The notes under the pieces are model-generated. The model saw only the letters and a program-made list of their open reading frames with translations. It had not been told where the DNA came from and searched no databases. The translations under genes and the position numbers were made by a program. Below, in pieces: positions 13,535 to 21,110 of a stretch of 42,549 nt of DNA; the first letter of the stretch is position 1; each line of letters opens with the position of its first letter. The stretch is from a virus: IMG/VR virus record IMGVR_UViG_3300045988_103922. One strand, written 5' to 3'.

Positions 13535-13780
13535 ATGATAGGGACCAAAGCGGCGTACCGCCGTCAGGCGGCGCTGAAACTATGGACGGGAACGGCCATT
13601 TATCACGGGATCGAAATTGTGCCCAGGACGGGGCTCAACCTGCGCAGATACAAGCGGAAGCTGATGAAGATGGCGGAGCCGGTGTGCCCGCCGGATAAGA
13701 CGTGGCAGGTGGCGATCTTGTACGTGGCGGTATTTGCCATGTGCACCTATGCCTTTGCAAAGTGGTGGTTTCTGTGGTGA
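13535..13780 (+). CDS. Small protein with a C-terminal transmembrane helix
   Basis: ATG with RBS GAGGAGG. The transmembrane segment is WQVAILYVAVFAMCTYAFAKWWFLW. Confidence 0.55.
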   Translation: MIGTKAAYRRQAALKLWTGTAIYHGIEIVPRTGLNLRRYKRKLMKMAEPVCPPDKTWQVAILYVAVFAMCTYAFAKWWFLW

Positions 13781-14277
13781 TGGGAAAGGATTTTCTGCAC
13801 GCTGTGCCGGGCCAGATGTCCAAGCAGATCACGCTGGGGACTAAAGTCTTTGCCTCGGACACGGTCACCGCGCCCAACCACAGCACTACCGACCCCCGAA
13901 AAATCAGAAGCACAAAGACACTGGAAAGAGCGCTGTGCTACAACGCCCGCTACGCGGTGGATTACAAGGGGCGAAGGGTGCCGGAACGCAAAATGGAAGG
14001 GCACAGATGGCTGCTGAACCTGGGCGCGTGCGTGGAGTGCGAAAGCCCCTGCGAGTACGGCATGGAGCGGCTGCGCAGGATGCAGATCCACGAACTTTTG
14101 GAGCTGGGCTGCGGCGGAGACTGTATGAAGTGCCCGGAGCCATGCCGGGTGTACAAGCTGGCGGTAACGAAGATCTGCGACGAAGAGTGCAAAAAGCAGG
14201 TGAAAAAGAAACAGGCGCAGGCCTTTGCGCGGGAAGCGCTGGCCATATACCTGCCGAAGGAGGCGGAAGGGACATGA
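13780..14277 (+). CDS. Cys-rich early protein
   Basis: ATGA overlap with the upstream gene. The Cys-rich stretch is CVECESPCEYG...GCGGDCMKCPEPCRVYKLAVTKICDEEC. Confidence 0.6.
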   Translation: MGKDFLHAVPGQMSKQITLGTKVFASDTVTAPNHSTTDPRKIRSTKTLERALCYNARYAVDYKGRRVPERKMEGHRWLLNLGACVECESPCEYGMERLRRMQIHELLELGCGGDCMKCPEPCRVYKLAVTKICDEECKKQVKKKQAQAFAREALAIYLPKEAEGT

Positions 14278-14759
14278 ACGACCAGAAAAGGCTGACCTGC
14301 CCGAAGTGCGGACAGCCCATGACCCGGATGGTGGTGAACAACCCCATGGAGGAAGGCTGGCGGGTATCGTACCGGTGCCTGAAGTGCGGGAAGATGGGGC
14401 CGCTGGTACGGGGCGGACGGCAGGAAGAAACGGAGAAGATGGCGGAGCTCCTGACGGAGAGCTGGATCCGGCGGCTGAAGGGAGAAAAGGAAGAACAGCC
14501 GGAGCGGCTGCGGGCGTGGGCTGAAGCACTGGAAGCCTACAAAGGCGCGGGCCTGCGGTACGAGGAAGAGATCGCCCGGCTGAAACGTATGGCGGCGGAG
14601 GATATCCTGCGGGCGGCGCAGAGCGGCTACCCCTGCGACAGCTGCATCAACAACACGCTGGATGAGCGGTGCGGCTGCGACTGCGCGGACTGCGAGCACC
14701 ATTGCACGTGCTATGAGTGCCACGACGATGAAAGCTTTGTATGGAGGGGTGGGAAATGA
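14274..14759 (+). CDS. Zinc-ribbon protein, Lar-like at the N-terminus with a Cys-rich C-terminus
   Basis: ATGA overlap. N-terminal CPKCGQP...YRCLKCGKMGP...ESWIRR and C-terminal CDSC...CGCDCADCEHHCTCYEC. Confidence 0.55.
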   Translation: MNDQKRLTCPKCGQPMTRMVVNNPMEEGWRVSYRCLKCGKMGPLVRGGRQEETEKMAELLTESWIRRLKGEKEEQPERLRAWAEALEAYKGAGLRYEEEIARLKRMAAEDILRAAQSGYPCDSCINNTLDERCGCDCADCEHHCTCYECHDDESFVWRGGK

Positions 14760-15346
14760 TCTGCAAACCGATTCTGTTCAACACCGATATGGTACGGGCT
14801 ATTCTGATGGGCCAGAAAACGCAGACACGGCGGGTGATCAAGCCGCAGCCCACAAGACCAAAATGGAACAATATCGGTTGGCTCGGTTGGAATGACGGAC
14901 ATGGTTACAGAATGAAGCCTCCTTGCGAAGATGGCGATGTTCTCTGGGTTCGGGAGACTTGGAGTACCACGGACAAGTGCGGAATTTACCCGAACTGGCC
15001 CATCGACGGAATCCACTACATATACAAAGCCGACGATCCGACCTGCAATGCGGCAAGGGAAACCCGCTGGTATCCTTCCATCCATATGCCGAAACAAGCT
15101 GCCAGAATCTTCCTGCGGGTGAAGGAAGTTCGGGTTGACTGGCTGCAAGCAATGGACGAAGAAACAGCTATTGCAGAGGGCTTTGCCGACTCTCCTGCGG
15201 GTATAGATTCTCCGCTCACACGTTTCGCGGAGCTTTGGGACAAAACGATCAAGCGAGAAGATTTGCGTGAATTCGGCTGGCAAGCCGATCCTTGGGTCTG
15301 GGTCATCGAATTTGAACGCTGTGAAAAGCCGGAAGAGTGGAACTGA
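14756..15346 (+). CDS. ASCH-domain-like protein
   Basis: ATGA overlap. Motifs KPILFNTDMVRAILMGQKTQTRRVIKPQP and GDVLWVRETW. Confidence 0.65.
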   Translation: MICKPILFNTDMVRAILMGQKTQTRRVIKPQPTRPKWNNIGWLGWNDGHGYRMKPPCEDGDVLWVRETWSTTDKCGIYPNWPIDGIHYIYKADDPTCNAARETRWYPSIHMPKQAARIFLRVKEVRVDWLQAMDEETAIAEGFADSPAGIDSPLTRFAELWDKTIKREDLREFGWQADPWVWVIEFERCEKPEEWN

Positions 15347-15348
15347 AA

Positions 15349-15579
15349 ATGACCGAAACCCAGAAACGAAAAAAACGACTGTTTCATCGGCAGTTCGCAA
15401 GGTCGATCTCAAAATATCCTGCCTGCGAACATTTGAACATGGCTCTTTGGTATCTGCTCAAAAAGCCGGAAGAAAACCGGGATGCGATTGGTGAGATCGT
15501 GTATGCGATCGTGAAATCAGGCGGCTATATCAATGACGTTCACGAAAAAACGTTGAAAGAAATGGGGTTTATGCCATGA
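15349..15579 (+). CDS. Hypothetical early protein
   Basis: The ATG lies 2 nt after the upstream stop, and there is an ATGA overlap downstream. Confidence 0.5.
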   Translation: MTETQKRKKRLFHRQFARSISKYPACEHLNMALWYLLKKPEENRDAIGEIVYAIVKSGGYINDVHEKTLKEMGFMP

Positions 15580-16031
15580 CCGAAACGCCGAAGTGCCCCT
15601 ATTGCGGGGCGGAGATGAAGGTTGATACTGTTAGGCTAACACAGCACAACTGGGTTGGATGGTCTCACTGCGAAAATTGCCGATCTGTGGGGCCAAGTAA
15701 AAGCAACTGCTACACGGAAAAAGACGCAGAAGAATCAGCCCTTTCCGCCGCCCTCCATCGCGCCGAGCCGGAAATGAGGCCGCTGACGCTGGAAGAAATC
15801 ATTGCGGAATTAGGAAACAAAGAGTTGGATGTTGTGTGGGTGGAGTGCACAGTGCTGATGGGTGCGGTGCCAATATTCCCGAGCCACAGACACGGAGATA
15901 CAGCCTTTTTCTTTGCACCGTTAACACGACAAGCATGCACAGAAACCCTATCAAATTACGGCAAAACATGGCGCTGCTGGCCCCGGAAGCCTACGCCGGA
16001 ACAGATGGCGGCGGAGAAGTGGGAGGAATGA
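15576..16031 (+). CDS. Lar-family-like restriction-alleviation zinc ribbon with an extra C-terminal domain
   Basis: KCPYCGAEM...HCENCRSVGPSKSNCYTEKDAEESALSAAL matches the Lar pattern CPxCG...CxxCg.gp...eA. Confidence 0.55.
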   Translation: MTETPKCPYCGAEMKVDTVRLTQHNWVGWSHCENCRSVGPSKSNCYTEKDAEESALSAALHRAEPEMRPLTLEEIIAELGNKELDVVWVECTVLMGAVPIFPSHRHGDTAFFFAPLTRQACTETLSNYGKTWRCWPRKPTPEQMAAEKWEE

Positions 16032-16034
16032 ACC

Positions 16035-16694
16035 GTGAAAATTCTGATCGCCTGTGAGGAATCGCAAAGAGTAACAATTGAAATGCGCAGGCTTGGGCAC
16101 GAGGCATATTCCTGCGACGTCCAGGAGCCGAGCGGAGGGCACCCGGAGTGGCATATCAACGGAGATGCGCTGAAGGCACTGAGGGGCGAGACCATCCAGA
16201 CCATGGACGGGGAAACGCATGTGATCGGAAAATGGGATATGCTGATCGCTCATCCGCCATGCACTCATCTTGCTGTAAGCGGGGCAAGGTGGTTCGCAGA
16301 AGGAAAAAAGCCATTGAGCCTGAGAAAAGAAGCAGCAGATTTTTTCTTAAAATTTGCCGAGGCAGACATCCCTAAAATTGCCATTGAAAACCCGGTAAGC
16401 GTTATGTCCACGATTTACCGCAAGCCTGATCAGATCATACATCCGTGGCAATACGGACATGAAGAAGAAAAAACGACCTGCCTTTGGCTGAAAGGACTGC
16501 CAAAGCTGGAACCAACAAATAATGTTCGGGAAAAAATGATGAAACTGAGCAAAAAAGAACGGGAACGAAACTGGTATATGTCCCCAGGGCCGGAACGGGC
16601 GAAAAAAAGAAGCAAAACATATCCGGGAATAGCACGCGCGATGGCAGAACAATGGGCCGGAGGGCAGACTGCTGTCGCGAAAAGGGAGGAATGA
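16035..16694 (+). CDS. Short C5-cytosine-methyltransferase-like protein (219 aa) with a degenerate motif I
   Basis: GTG start with RBS GGGAGGA. It has AHPPCTHLAVSG (PC motif IV), IAIENPVS (ENV-like motif VI) and a YPGIARAMAEQW tail. The N-terminus is KILIACEESQ where FxGxG would be expected. Confidence 0.65.
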   Translation: MKILIACEESQRVTIEMRRLGHEAYSCDVQEPSGGHPEWHINGDALKALRGETIQTMDGETHVIGKWDMLIAHPPCTHLAVSGARWFAEGKKPLSLRKEAADFFLKFAEADIPKIAIENPVSVMSTIYRKPDQIIHPWQYGHEEEKTTCLWLKGLPKLEPTNNVREKMMKLSKKERERNWYMSPGPERAKKRSKTYPGIARAMAEQWAGGQTAVAKREE

Positions 16695-17113
16695 GCATGG
16701 ACTGGATCAGCGTTAAGGACAGGCTGCCGGAGAGGGAACAACATGACTATGTCTTGGTTTGTTGCACCATGAATGTGACGAGCACAATTAACTATGAGAA
16801 TGCTGTTACGATGGCGTATGTCTGTGAGGAGGGGTTCATGGACGTGGAACTGAACGAGGTTATTACCAGGGGCGTCACCCACTGGATGCCCCTGCCGGAA
16901 CCACCAGCTGGAACCGCCGAAGGAGGCCAACCCGTGACCGCAAAACGACTATCCGCCATGCTGGTGCTGGCGCTGGCCGCTATCGCCCTGACCGTGTGCG
17001 CGGGGCTGGCCGCCGGGGTAAGCATGTGGCCGTGGGTCGTCGGCTACTGGGCCGTGCTGACGGCCAAAAATATCGTGGATTATATAGGGACGAAAGCGAG
17101 GAAAAGAAAATGA
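16691..17113 (+). CDS. DUF551-like protein with a C-terminal membrane segment
   Basis: ATGA overlap. Motif WISVKDRLPE...VTHWMPLPEPP, then two hydrophobic helices. Confidence 0.65.
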   Translation: MSMDWISVKDRLPEREQHDYVLVCCTMNVTSTINYENAVTMAYVCEEGFMDVELNEVITRGVTHWMPLPEPPAGTAEGGQPVTAKRLSAMLVLALAAIALTVCAGLAAGVSMWPWVVGYWAVLTAKNIVDYIGTKARKRK

Positions 17114-17700
17114 AAATGAGCGCTGTGTGGAACCTGCTGAAGAAGGACAGGCTGGGGACGATCATCACGCGGCCGGACAGGCAGTGGCTGCAGATCGGCG
17201 GATGCATCTACCCGCTGGACGGGCTGGGGATGGTGACGCCAGAAATGCTGTACACGCTGCTGGACGTGCCGGAGGACAAACGGAACGAATACCACATTTA
17301 TGAAATGAATGTGGAGACGGTGCCGGGATACCTGCAGGACGTGGACGAGACGGACGAGCTGGCGGAGGCTGCCAGCTTTATGGTGAGGACCGCCGGGAGC
17401 GTATATCAGATGTACAAGGCCGGGGAGAACCTGTTGACCATCAACCCCGATACGCTGAGACCGCTGGAAAACGAAGAAGACGTGAACTTGTATGTGCGAG
17501 AGTACGACGGAGGCCACGTGATGGTAGCCAGAAGCGGCTTCCTGCTGCGGGCGGTGATCGGTACGAGCACCTATTGGGCAAGAAACCCTCTGGTGTATGA
17601 GGACATGAAGGTCATGGCGGAGCTTGGAAAACGGGAATATGACCTGAGATACCGGGAAATGGACGAGGCAGCGGAAAATGAAAAATCGGATCATCGTTGA
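17110..17700 (+). CDS. Hypothetical early protein
   Basis: ATGA overlap with the upstream gene. It is 196 aa with balanced composition. Confidence 0.6.
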   Translation: MKMSAVWNLLKKDRLGTIITRPDRQWLQIGGCIYPLDGLGMVTPEMLYTLLDVPEDKRNEYHIYEMNVETVPGYLQDVDETDELAEAASFMVRTAGSVYQMYKAGENLLTINPDTLRPLENEEDVNLYVREYDGGHVMVARSGFLLRAVIGTSTYWARNPLVYEDMKVMAELGKREYDLRYREMDEAAENEKSDHR

Positions 17701-18109
17701 AACGGAGCGCCAGAAGCGGACATTTGGGAACGTGCTGGAGCTGCCAGAGCCGACAGAGAGCACCGAGCAGCAGCGATTATTCCAATGGGCGCGGATGGCC
17801 AGCGGGAAGTGGCCGGAGCTGGAACTTTTGTACCACATCCCCAACGAGGGGAAACGGAGCCGGGCCGCGGGAGCGCGGATGAAGGCGGAAGGGCTGAAGA
17901 AGGGCGTGCCGGATCTGTGCCTGCCGGTGAGCCGGGGCGAATGCCACGGGCTGTACATCGAGCTGAAGCGGGAAAAGAGCGGCAGGGCCACGCCGGAGCA
18001 GACCGCGTGGATGGAGGCCCTGCTGGCCCAGGGGTACGCCGTCAGCCTGTGCCACGGCTGGGAAACCGCGGCGGAGGTGCTGAAGACGTATCTGGAGGGA
18101 AAACCATGA
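17678..18109 (+). CDS. VRR-NUC domain nuclease
   Basis: YHIPNEGKRS...GVPDLCLPV...GLYIELKREKSGRATPEQTAWMEALLAQGY...GWETAAEVLKTYL carries the PD-(D/E)xK signature of VRR-NUC. Confidence 0.85.
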   Translation: MKNRIIVETERQKRTFGNVLELPEPTESTEQQRLFQWARMASGKWPELELLYHIPNEGKRSRAAGARMKAEGLKKGVPDLCLPVSRGECHGLYIELKREKSGRATPEQTAWMEALLAQGYAVSLCHGWETAAEVLKTYLEGKP

Positions 18110-18387
18110 TCCGCTGCCCCAGATGCGGCGGGCCGTCGCCTATCGTGTACCGCATGGATCGGGCGGAGGGATATGAGCGGAGGCGTATCTGTACGGAGTG
18201 CGGGTACGCCTTCGCCACCCTCGAGGCGGCGGAGCGGGAGCTGACGGAAGAGGAGAAGCACCCGGAAGCGCCGGGCTGCTGCGTGACCTGCTGCCACTAC
18301 CGGGCCGGGAAGGCGCAGGACTGCGCCGTGTTCAAAACCACGGCGGGGATCCGGGAAGACCAGTGCGGAATGAAAAGCCCTATATAA
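18106..18387 (+). CDS. NrdR-like zinc-ribbon protein
   Basis: ATGA overlap. MIRCPRCGG...RRRICTECGYAFATLE. Confidence 0.55.
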   Translation: MIRCPRCGGPSPIVYRMDRAEGYERRRICTECGYAFATLEAAERELTEEEKHPEAPGCCVTCCHYRAGKAQDCAVFKTTAGIREDQCGMKSPI

Positions 18388-18506
18388 TGAAGAAACAGCT
18401 GCGGGACGTTCAGAAAAGTCAAAGAAAGTCAGAAACGGAACAGGGCGCAGAGAGCGCCGAAAACTCAACAAGATCAAGGGACGGAAGTCCCTTTGACACC
18501 CTGTAA
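18387..18506 (+). CDS. Possible 39-aa basic/acidic peptide
   Basis: TAATG overlap. It ends just after hairpin AGGGAC-GGAA-GTCCCT. Support is weak. Confidence 0.2.
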   Translation: MKKQLRDVQKSQRKSETEQGAESAENSTRSRDGSPFDTL

Positions 18507-18554
18507 AGACGATTAAGTATTCGCACATTTGGAAGAAGATACAGGAGGCCGAAG

Positions 18555-19316
18555 ATGCCGTACTACGAGAAGCGGATCCGCTCCGGGAAGGTGCTGGAGG
18601 TGCTGACCTACTTTGCCACCCGGGATGGACGGAGGATCGACCGGGGCTTGAACGAGCGGGAGTCCGACGAGGAGCAGGCGGCGAAGAACGACCTGGAAGC
18701 CCGGATGCAGCTGGCGCGGATCCTGCGGTGCAACTTCAGCCGGGACGCGGGCGACCTGTTTGTGACGCTGACCTTTGCCGGAGAGGTAAGCGAGACGGAA
18801 GCCTACCGGGAAGAGCGGAACCTGTACCTGCGGATGGAGCGGCTGAGGAAGAAAAAGGGACTGGAACCACTGAAGCGGCTGGCCGTGGTGGAAAAGCAGG
18901 GACACTGGCACATCCACCTGGTGATGAACAGCGGGCTGACGCTGGAAGAAGTGCAGAGCCTGTGGGGAAACCGGGGCCGGGTGGTGATGAGCCTGGTGGA
19001 CGACAGCGAGGGGTTCCGGGATCTGGCGAACTACCTGTGCCGGGAACAAAAGCCCAAGAAGGGCCGCAAGGACGGAGAGAACCTGAAGCAGCCGCGCCGG
19101 AAGTGGCAGCGCCGCTGGCACGCCAGCCGGAACCTGAAGCAGCCGGAGGTGACGAAAAAGCAGGTGAAGCGGGTGCCCGTGGGACAGCCCAGGAAGCTGC
19201 CCGGTTACCGGCTGCTGCCGGAATGGACCATCCGCAGCGACCGTTTCGGAAACATCTCCACCTATGCGCAGTACGTGAAAGAGCCGGAAAAGAAAGCAAA
19301 ACCGAAAAAGGAATGA
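18555..19316 (+). CDS. HUH-superfamily rolling-circle replication initiator-like protein
   Basis: Motif I FVTLTF, motif II HWHIHLVMN and motif III LANYLCREQK appear in the canonical order and spacing. RBS AGGAGG. Confidence 0.7.
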   Translation: MPYYEKRIRSGKVLEVLTYFATRDGRRIDRGLNERESDEEQAAKNDLEARMQLARILRCNFSRDAGDLFVTLTFAGEVSETEAYREERNLYLRMERLRKKKGLEPLKRLAVVEKQGHWHIHLVMNSGLTLEEVQSLWGNRGRVVMSLVDDSEGFRDLANYLCREQKPKKGRKDGENLKQPRRKWQRRWHASRNLKQPEVTKKQVKRVPVGQPRKLPGYRLLPEWTIRSDRFGNISTYAQYVKEPEKKAKPKKE

Positions 19317-19403
19317 GGCCCTGCCGCGAAGCGGCCTTATTGCTGTAGCCAAAAAGGGGTCCGGGGCGCAGCCCCGGTGGGGTGAGGGGCGAAGCCCCCC
19401 TGT

Positions 19404-19421
19404 CGGCCCACTCCATGCCTT
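19404..19421 (+). repeat. 18-bp direct repeat, copy 1 (CGGCCCACTCCATGCCTT)
   Basis: It is identical to 19499..19516. Confidence 0.9.
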
Positions 19422-19498
19422 CGGCAAGTTGTGGGCTTCGGACTGCGCTGCCTCTTTGAGGCATGCTCGTCCTCGGTTCGCTTCGCTCACCCTCCACA

Positions 19499-19516
19499 CG
19501 GCCCACTCCATGCCTT
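19499..19516 (+). repeat. 18-bp direct repeat, copy 2
   Basis: It is identical to 19404..19421, with 95-bp spacing. Confidence 0.9.
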
Positions 19517-19535
19517 GGGAAGAAAGGAGAAGGAT

Positions 19536-19766
19536 ATGCCCAACACCAGAGCGGCGGCCAGTTGCATCTGTCCGTACTTTTTGCGGGAGCGTCCGCGGGC
19601 GGTGGTCTGCATGGGATTCGCCGCAGGAAGCCAACTGGAACACAAGTTTGAGACGGAAGCGCAGAAGGAAAAACATATGCGGAGCTGCTGCTGCGGGTAT
19701 CACTATGCCCGGCGGTGCGTGGTGGCGCATATGTGGGAAAAGGTGGAAGAAAAAAAGGCAAAGTAA
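19536..19766 (+). CDS. Small Cys-rich protein (76 aa)
   Basis: Internal ATG with RBS GAAAGGAGAAGG. Cys-rich stretches are CICPYF...VVCMG...SCCCGYHYARRC. Confidence 0.55.
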   Translation: MPNTRAAASCICPYFLRERPRAVVCMGFAAGSQLEHKFETEAQKEKHMRSCCCGYHYARRCVVAHMWEKVEEKKAK

Positions 19767-19767
19767 A

Positions 19768-19797
19768 AGCCGGGGATCATTCCCCGGCTCTTTTTTT
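19768..19797. terminator. Bidirectional rho-independent terminator
   Basis: A 9-bp stem AGCCGGGGA/TCCCCGGCT with a TCAT loop is followed by T7. It lies between convergent genes. Confidence 0.75.
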
Positions 19798-20248
19798 ATG
19801 GCAGAAGATTCTCCATGGGGCAGCCCAGCACATCGGAAAGCCGCTGCAGGGCGGAGGCGTTGGGAGAGAACTCCCCGCGCTCCCAGCGGGAAATGGTGAG
19901 CTGCTTGCAGCCGATGGCCTCTGCCAGCTGGGCCTGCGTCATGCCTGCCGCCATGCGGGCGGCGGCAATGGGAGACCTGGAGCCGCGGGAGCGGGGGGCG
20001 GCGTGGTCGGAAGGGCCTTTGCCCCATTCCCCGCCGCCCGCCACATTGGCGACATAAAAATACTCCATGGGGGTGACGGAAGGGACGGCGGCCAGGCGGC
20101 AGAGCGTCTGGCAGAACAGCTTCGCGTCCTGCACGGAGGAAAGAAAGGGATAGCGGGCGACGGCCCGGTCATAAATGGGAAGATCGGTGGAGACCATGCG
20201 GAGATCCTTTCTGCCGGGCTTTGGCCCGCCCGGCGGGGTTTTTGCCAT
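19796..20248 (-). CDS. Protein with a C-terminal XRE-type HTH and an unknown N-terminal domain
   Basis: MTQAQLAEAIGCKQLTISRWERGEFSPNASALQRLSDVLG lies at the C-terminus. It is the last gene of the leftward operon. Confidence 0.7.
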   Translation of the reverse strand: MAKTPPGGPKPGRKDLRMVSTDLPIYDRAVARYPFLSSVQDAKLFCQTLCRLAAVPSVTPMEYFYVANVAGGGEWGKGPSDHAAPRSRGSRSPIAAARMAAGMTQAQLAEAIGCKQLTISRWERGEFSPNASALQRLSDVLGCPMENLLP

Positions 20249-20269
20249 CGTAACATCCGGGGCGGAACC

Positions 20270-20548
20270 TCAGCAAAAGGTGCCACCGTAATGTATTTCG
20301 ATGTTGCCATCGACGTCGGCAACAAGCGTGTAACTACACTTGTCATCATGGGCATCCTGCTGCCAGCATCCATGCTCGCAATGCGGATCCCCGTCCTGCT
20401 GCCAGATGTCAGGCTCGTAATACGGCTCGCCATCAATGACGAGATCGGCTATCTCTTCATCGTCATTATTATTAAACAACCAATCGTTGACCATATCTTT
20501 CACGTCATCGGGAGTCCAGAGGTTCTTCGGATAATGATTGTAAGTCAT
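20270..20548 (-). CDS. Highly acidic small protein (92 aa); candidate DNA mimic or anti-restriction protein
   Basis: RBS GAAGGAGAT. By my count it has 22 Asp/Glu against 3 Lys and no Arg. It is AT-richer than the flanks. Confidence 0.6.
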   Translation of the reverse strand: MTYNHYPKNLWTPDDVKDMVNDWLFNNNDDEEIADLVIDGEPYYEPDIWQQDGDPHCEHGCWQQDAHDDKCSYTLVADVDGNIEIHYGGTFC

Positions 20549-20597
20549 TTTTTGCTATCTCCTTCGTTTTGCCCCGCCCGGCGGGGGCTGATTTGAT

Positions 20598-21068
20598 TTA
20601 CTTTTTGATGAGGTCGGCCATGAAATCATCGGAATGCAGGTCGCCGTCTTCCACACCGTTAAAGACCACCGTGCGAGTCAACAGTTTCTCGTCAGACCAG
20701 TTCTTTTCAGGGGCGAAGTCCACAAGGCATTCAGAGCTATCCCAGCCCTGAATGGTGATGACGCACTTGGCGTCTTCGCGCTGGATGTGCACGCTCTTGA
20801 TCTTGTAACCGGAGATGCCGAACATCCGGGCGGCGCGCACGATCCTATCCCAGTTGCGCTCGATGGCGACTTCCAGCGGGTACTGGACGCCGACTTCGGA
20901 GGTGATGGTGGGCTGACTGTCGCAGACGTTGATCCGCAGCTCATCGGAAGCCCACTCGTGGATCATCAAGGGCTTAGCGGACGGGTGCTTGAAAAGGTGT
21001 TCGTTGAGCTTGGTCTCACTGGCAAAAGAGGTGCGGAAAGAACCATCGACTGCGTAAAACTTTTTCAT
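20598..21068 (-). CDS. Hypothetical protein (156 aa)
   Basis: RBS AGGAGAT is preceded by the conserved leader repeat. Confidence 0.65.
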   Translation of the reverse strand: MKKFYAVDGSFRTSFASETKLNEHLFKHPSAKPLMIHEWASDELRINVCDSQPTITSEVGVQYPLEVAIERNWDRIVRAARMFGISGYKIKSVHIQREDAKCVITIQGWDSSECLVDFAPEKNWSDEKLLTRTVVFNGVEDGDLHSDDFMADLIKK

Positions 21069-21083
21069 GATTTTATCTCCTAT

Positions 21084-21110
21084 GCCCGGCGGTTTGTCCC
21101 GCCCGCGGCT
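21084..21110. repeat. Conserved leader/intergenic element, copy A
   Basis: GCCCGGCGGTTTGTCCCGCCCGCGGCT is nearly identical to 21485..21512 (one inserted C there). Each copy lies immediately upstream (minus sense) of an RBS GGAGAT(A). Confidence 0.85.

Larger units (their letters stand above)
19323..19516. promoter_or_regulatory. Candidate replication origin region with GC hairpins and direct repeats
   Basis: Triloop hairpins GCCGC-GAA-GCGGC (19323-19335), CCGGGGC-GCA-GCCCCGG (19361-19377) and GGGGC-GAA-GCCCC (19386-19398). An 18-bp perfect direct repeat is present. It lies immediately 3' of rep. Confidence 0.35.

Noticed and set aside
19431-19766. The 111-aa version of the ORF starting at 19431
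   Set aside because: The upstream 35 codons run through the direct-repeat and hairpin region with no RBS. The internal ATG at 19536 has a strong RBS (GAAAGGAGAAGG), so I called the 76-aa version.
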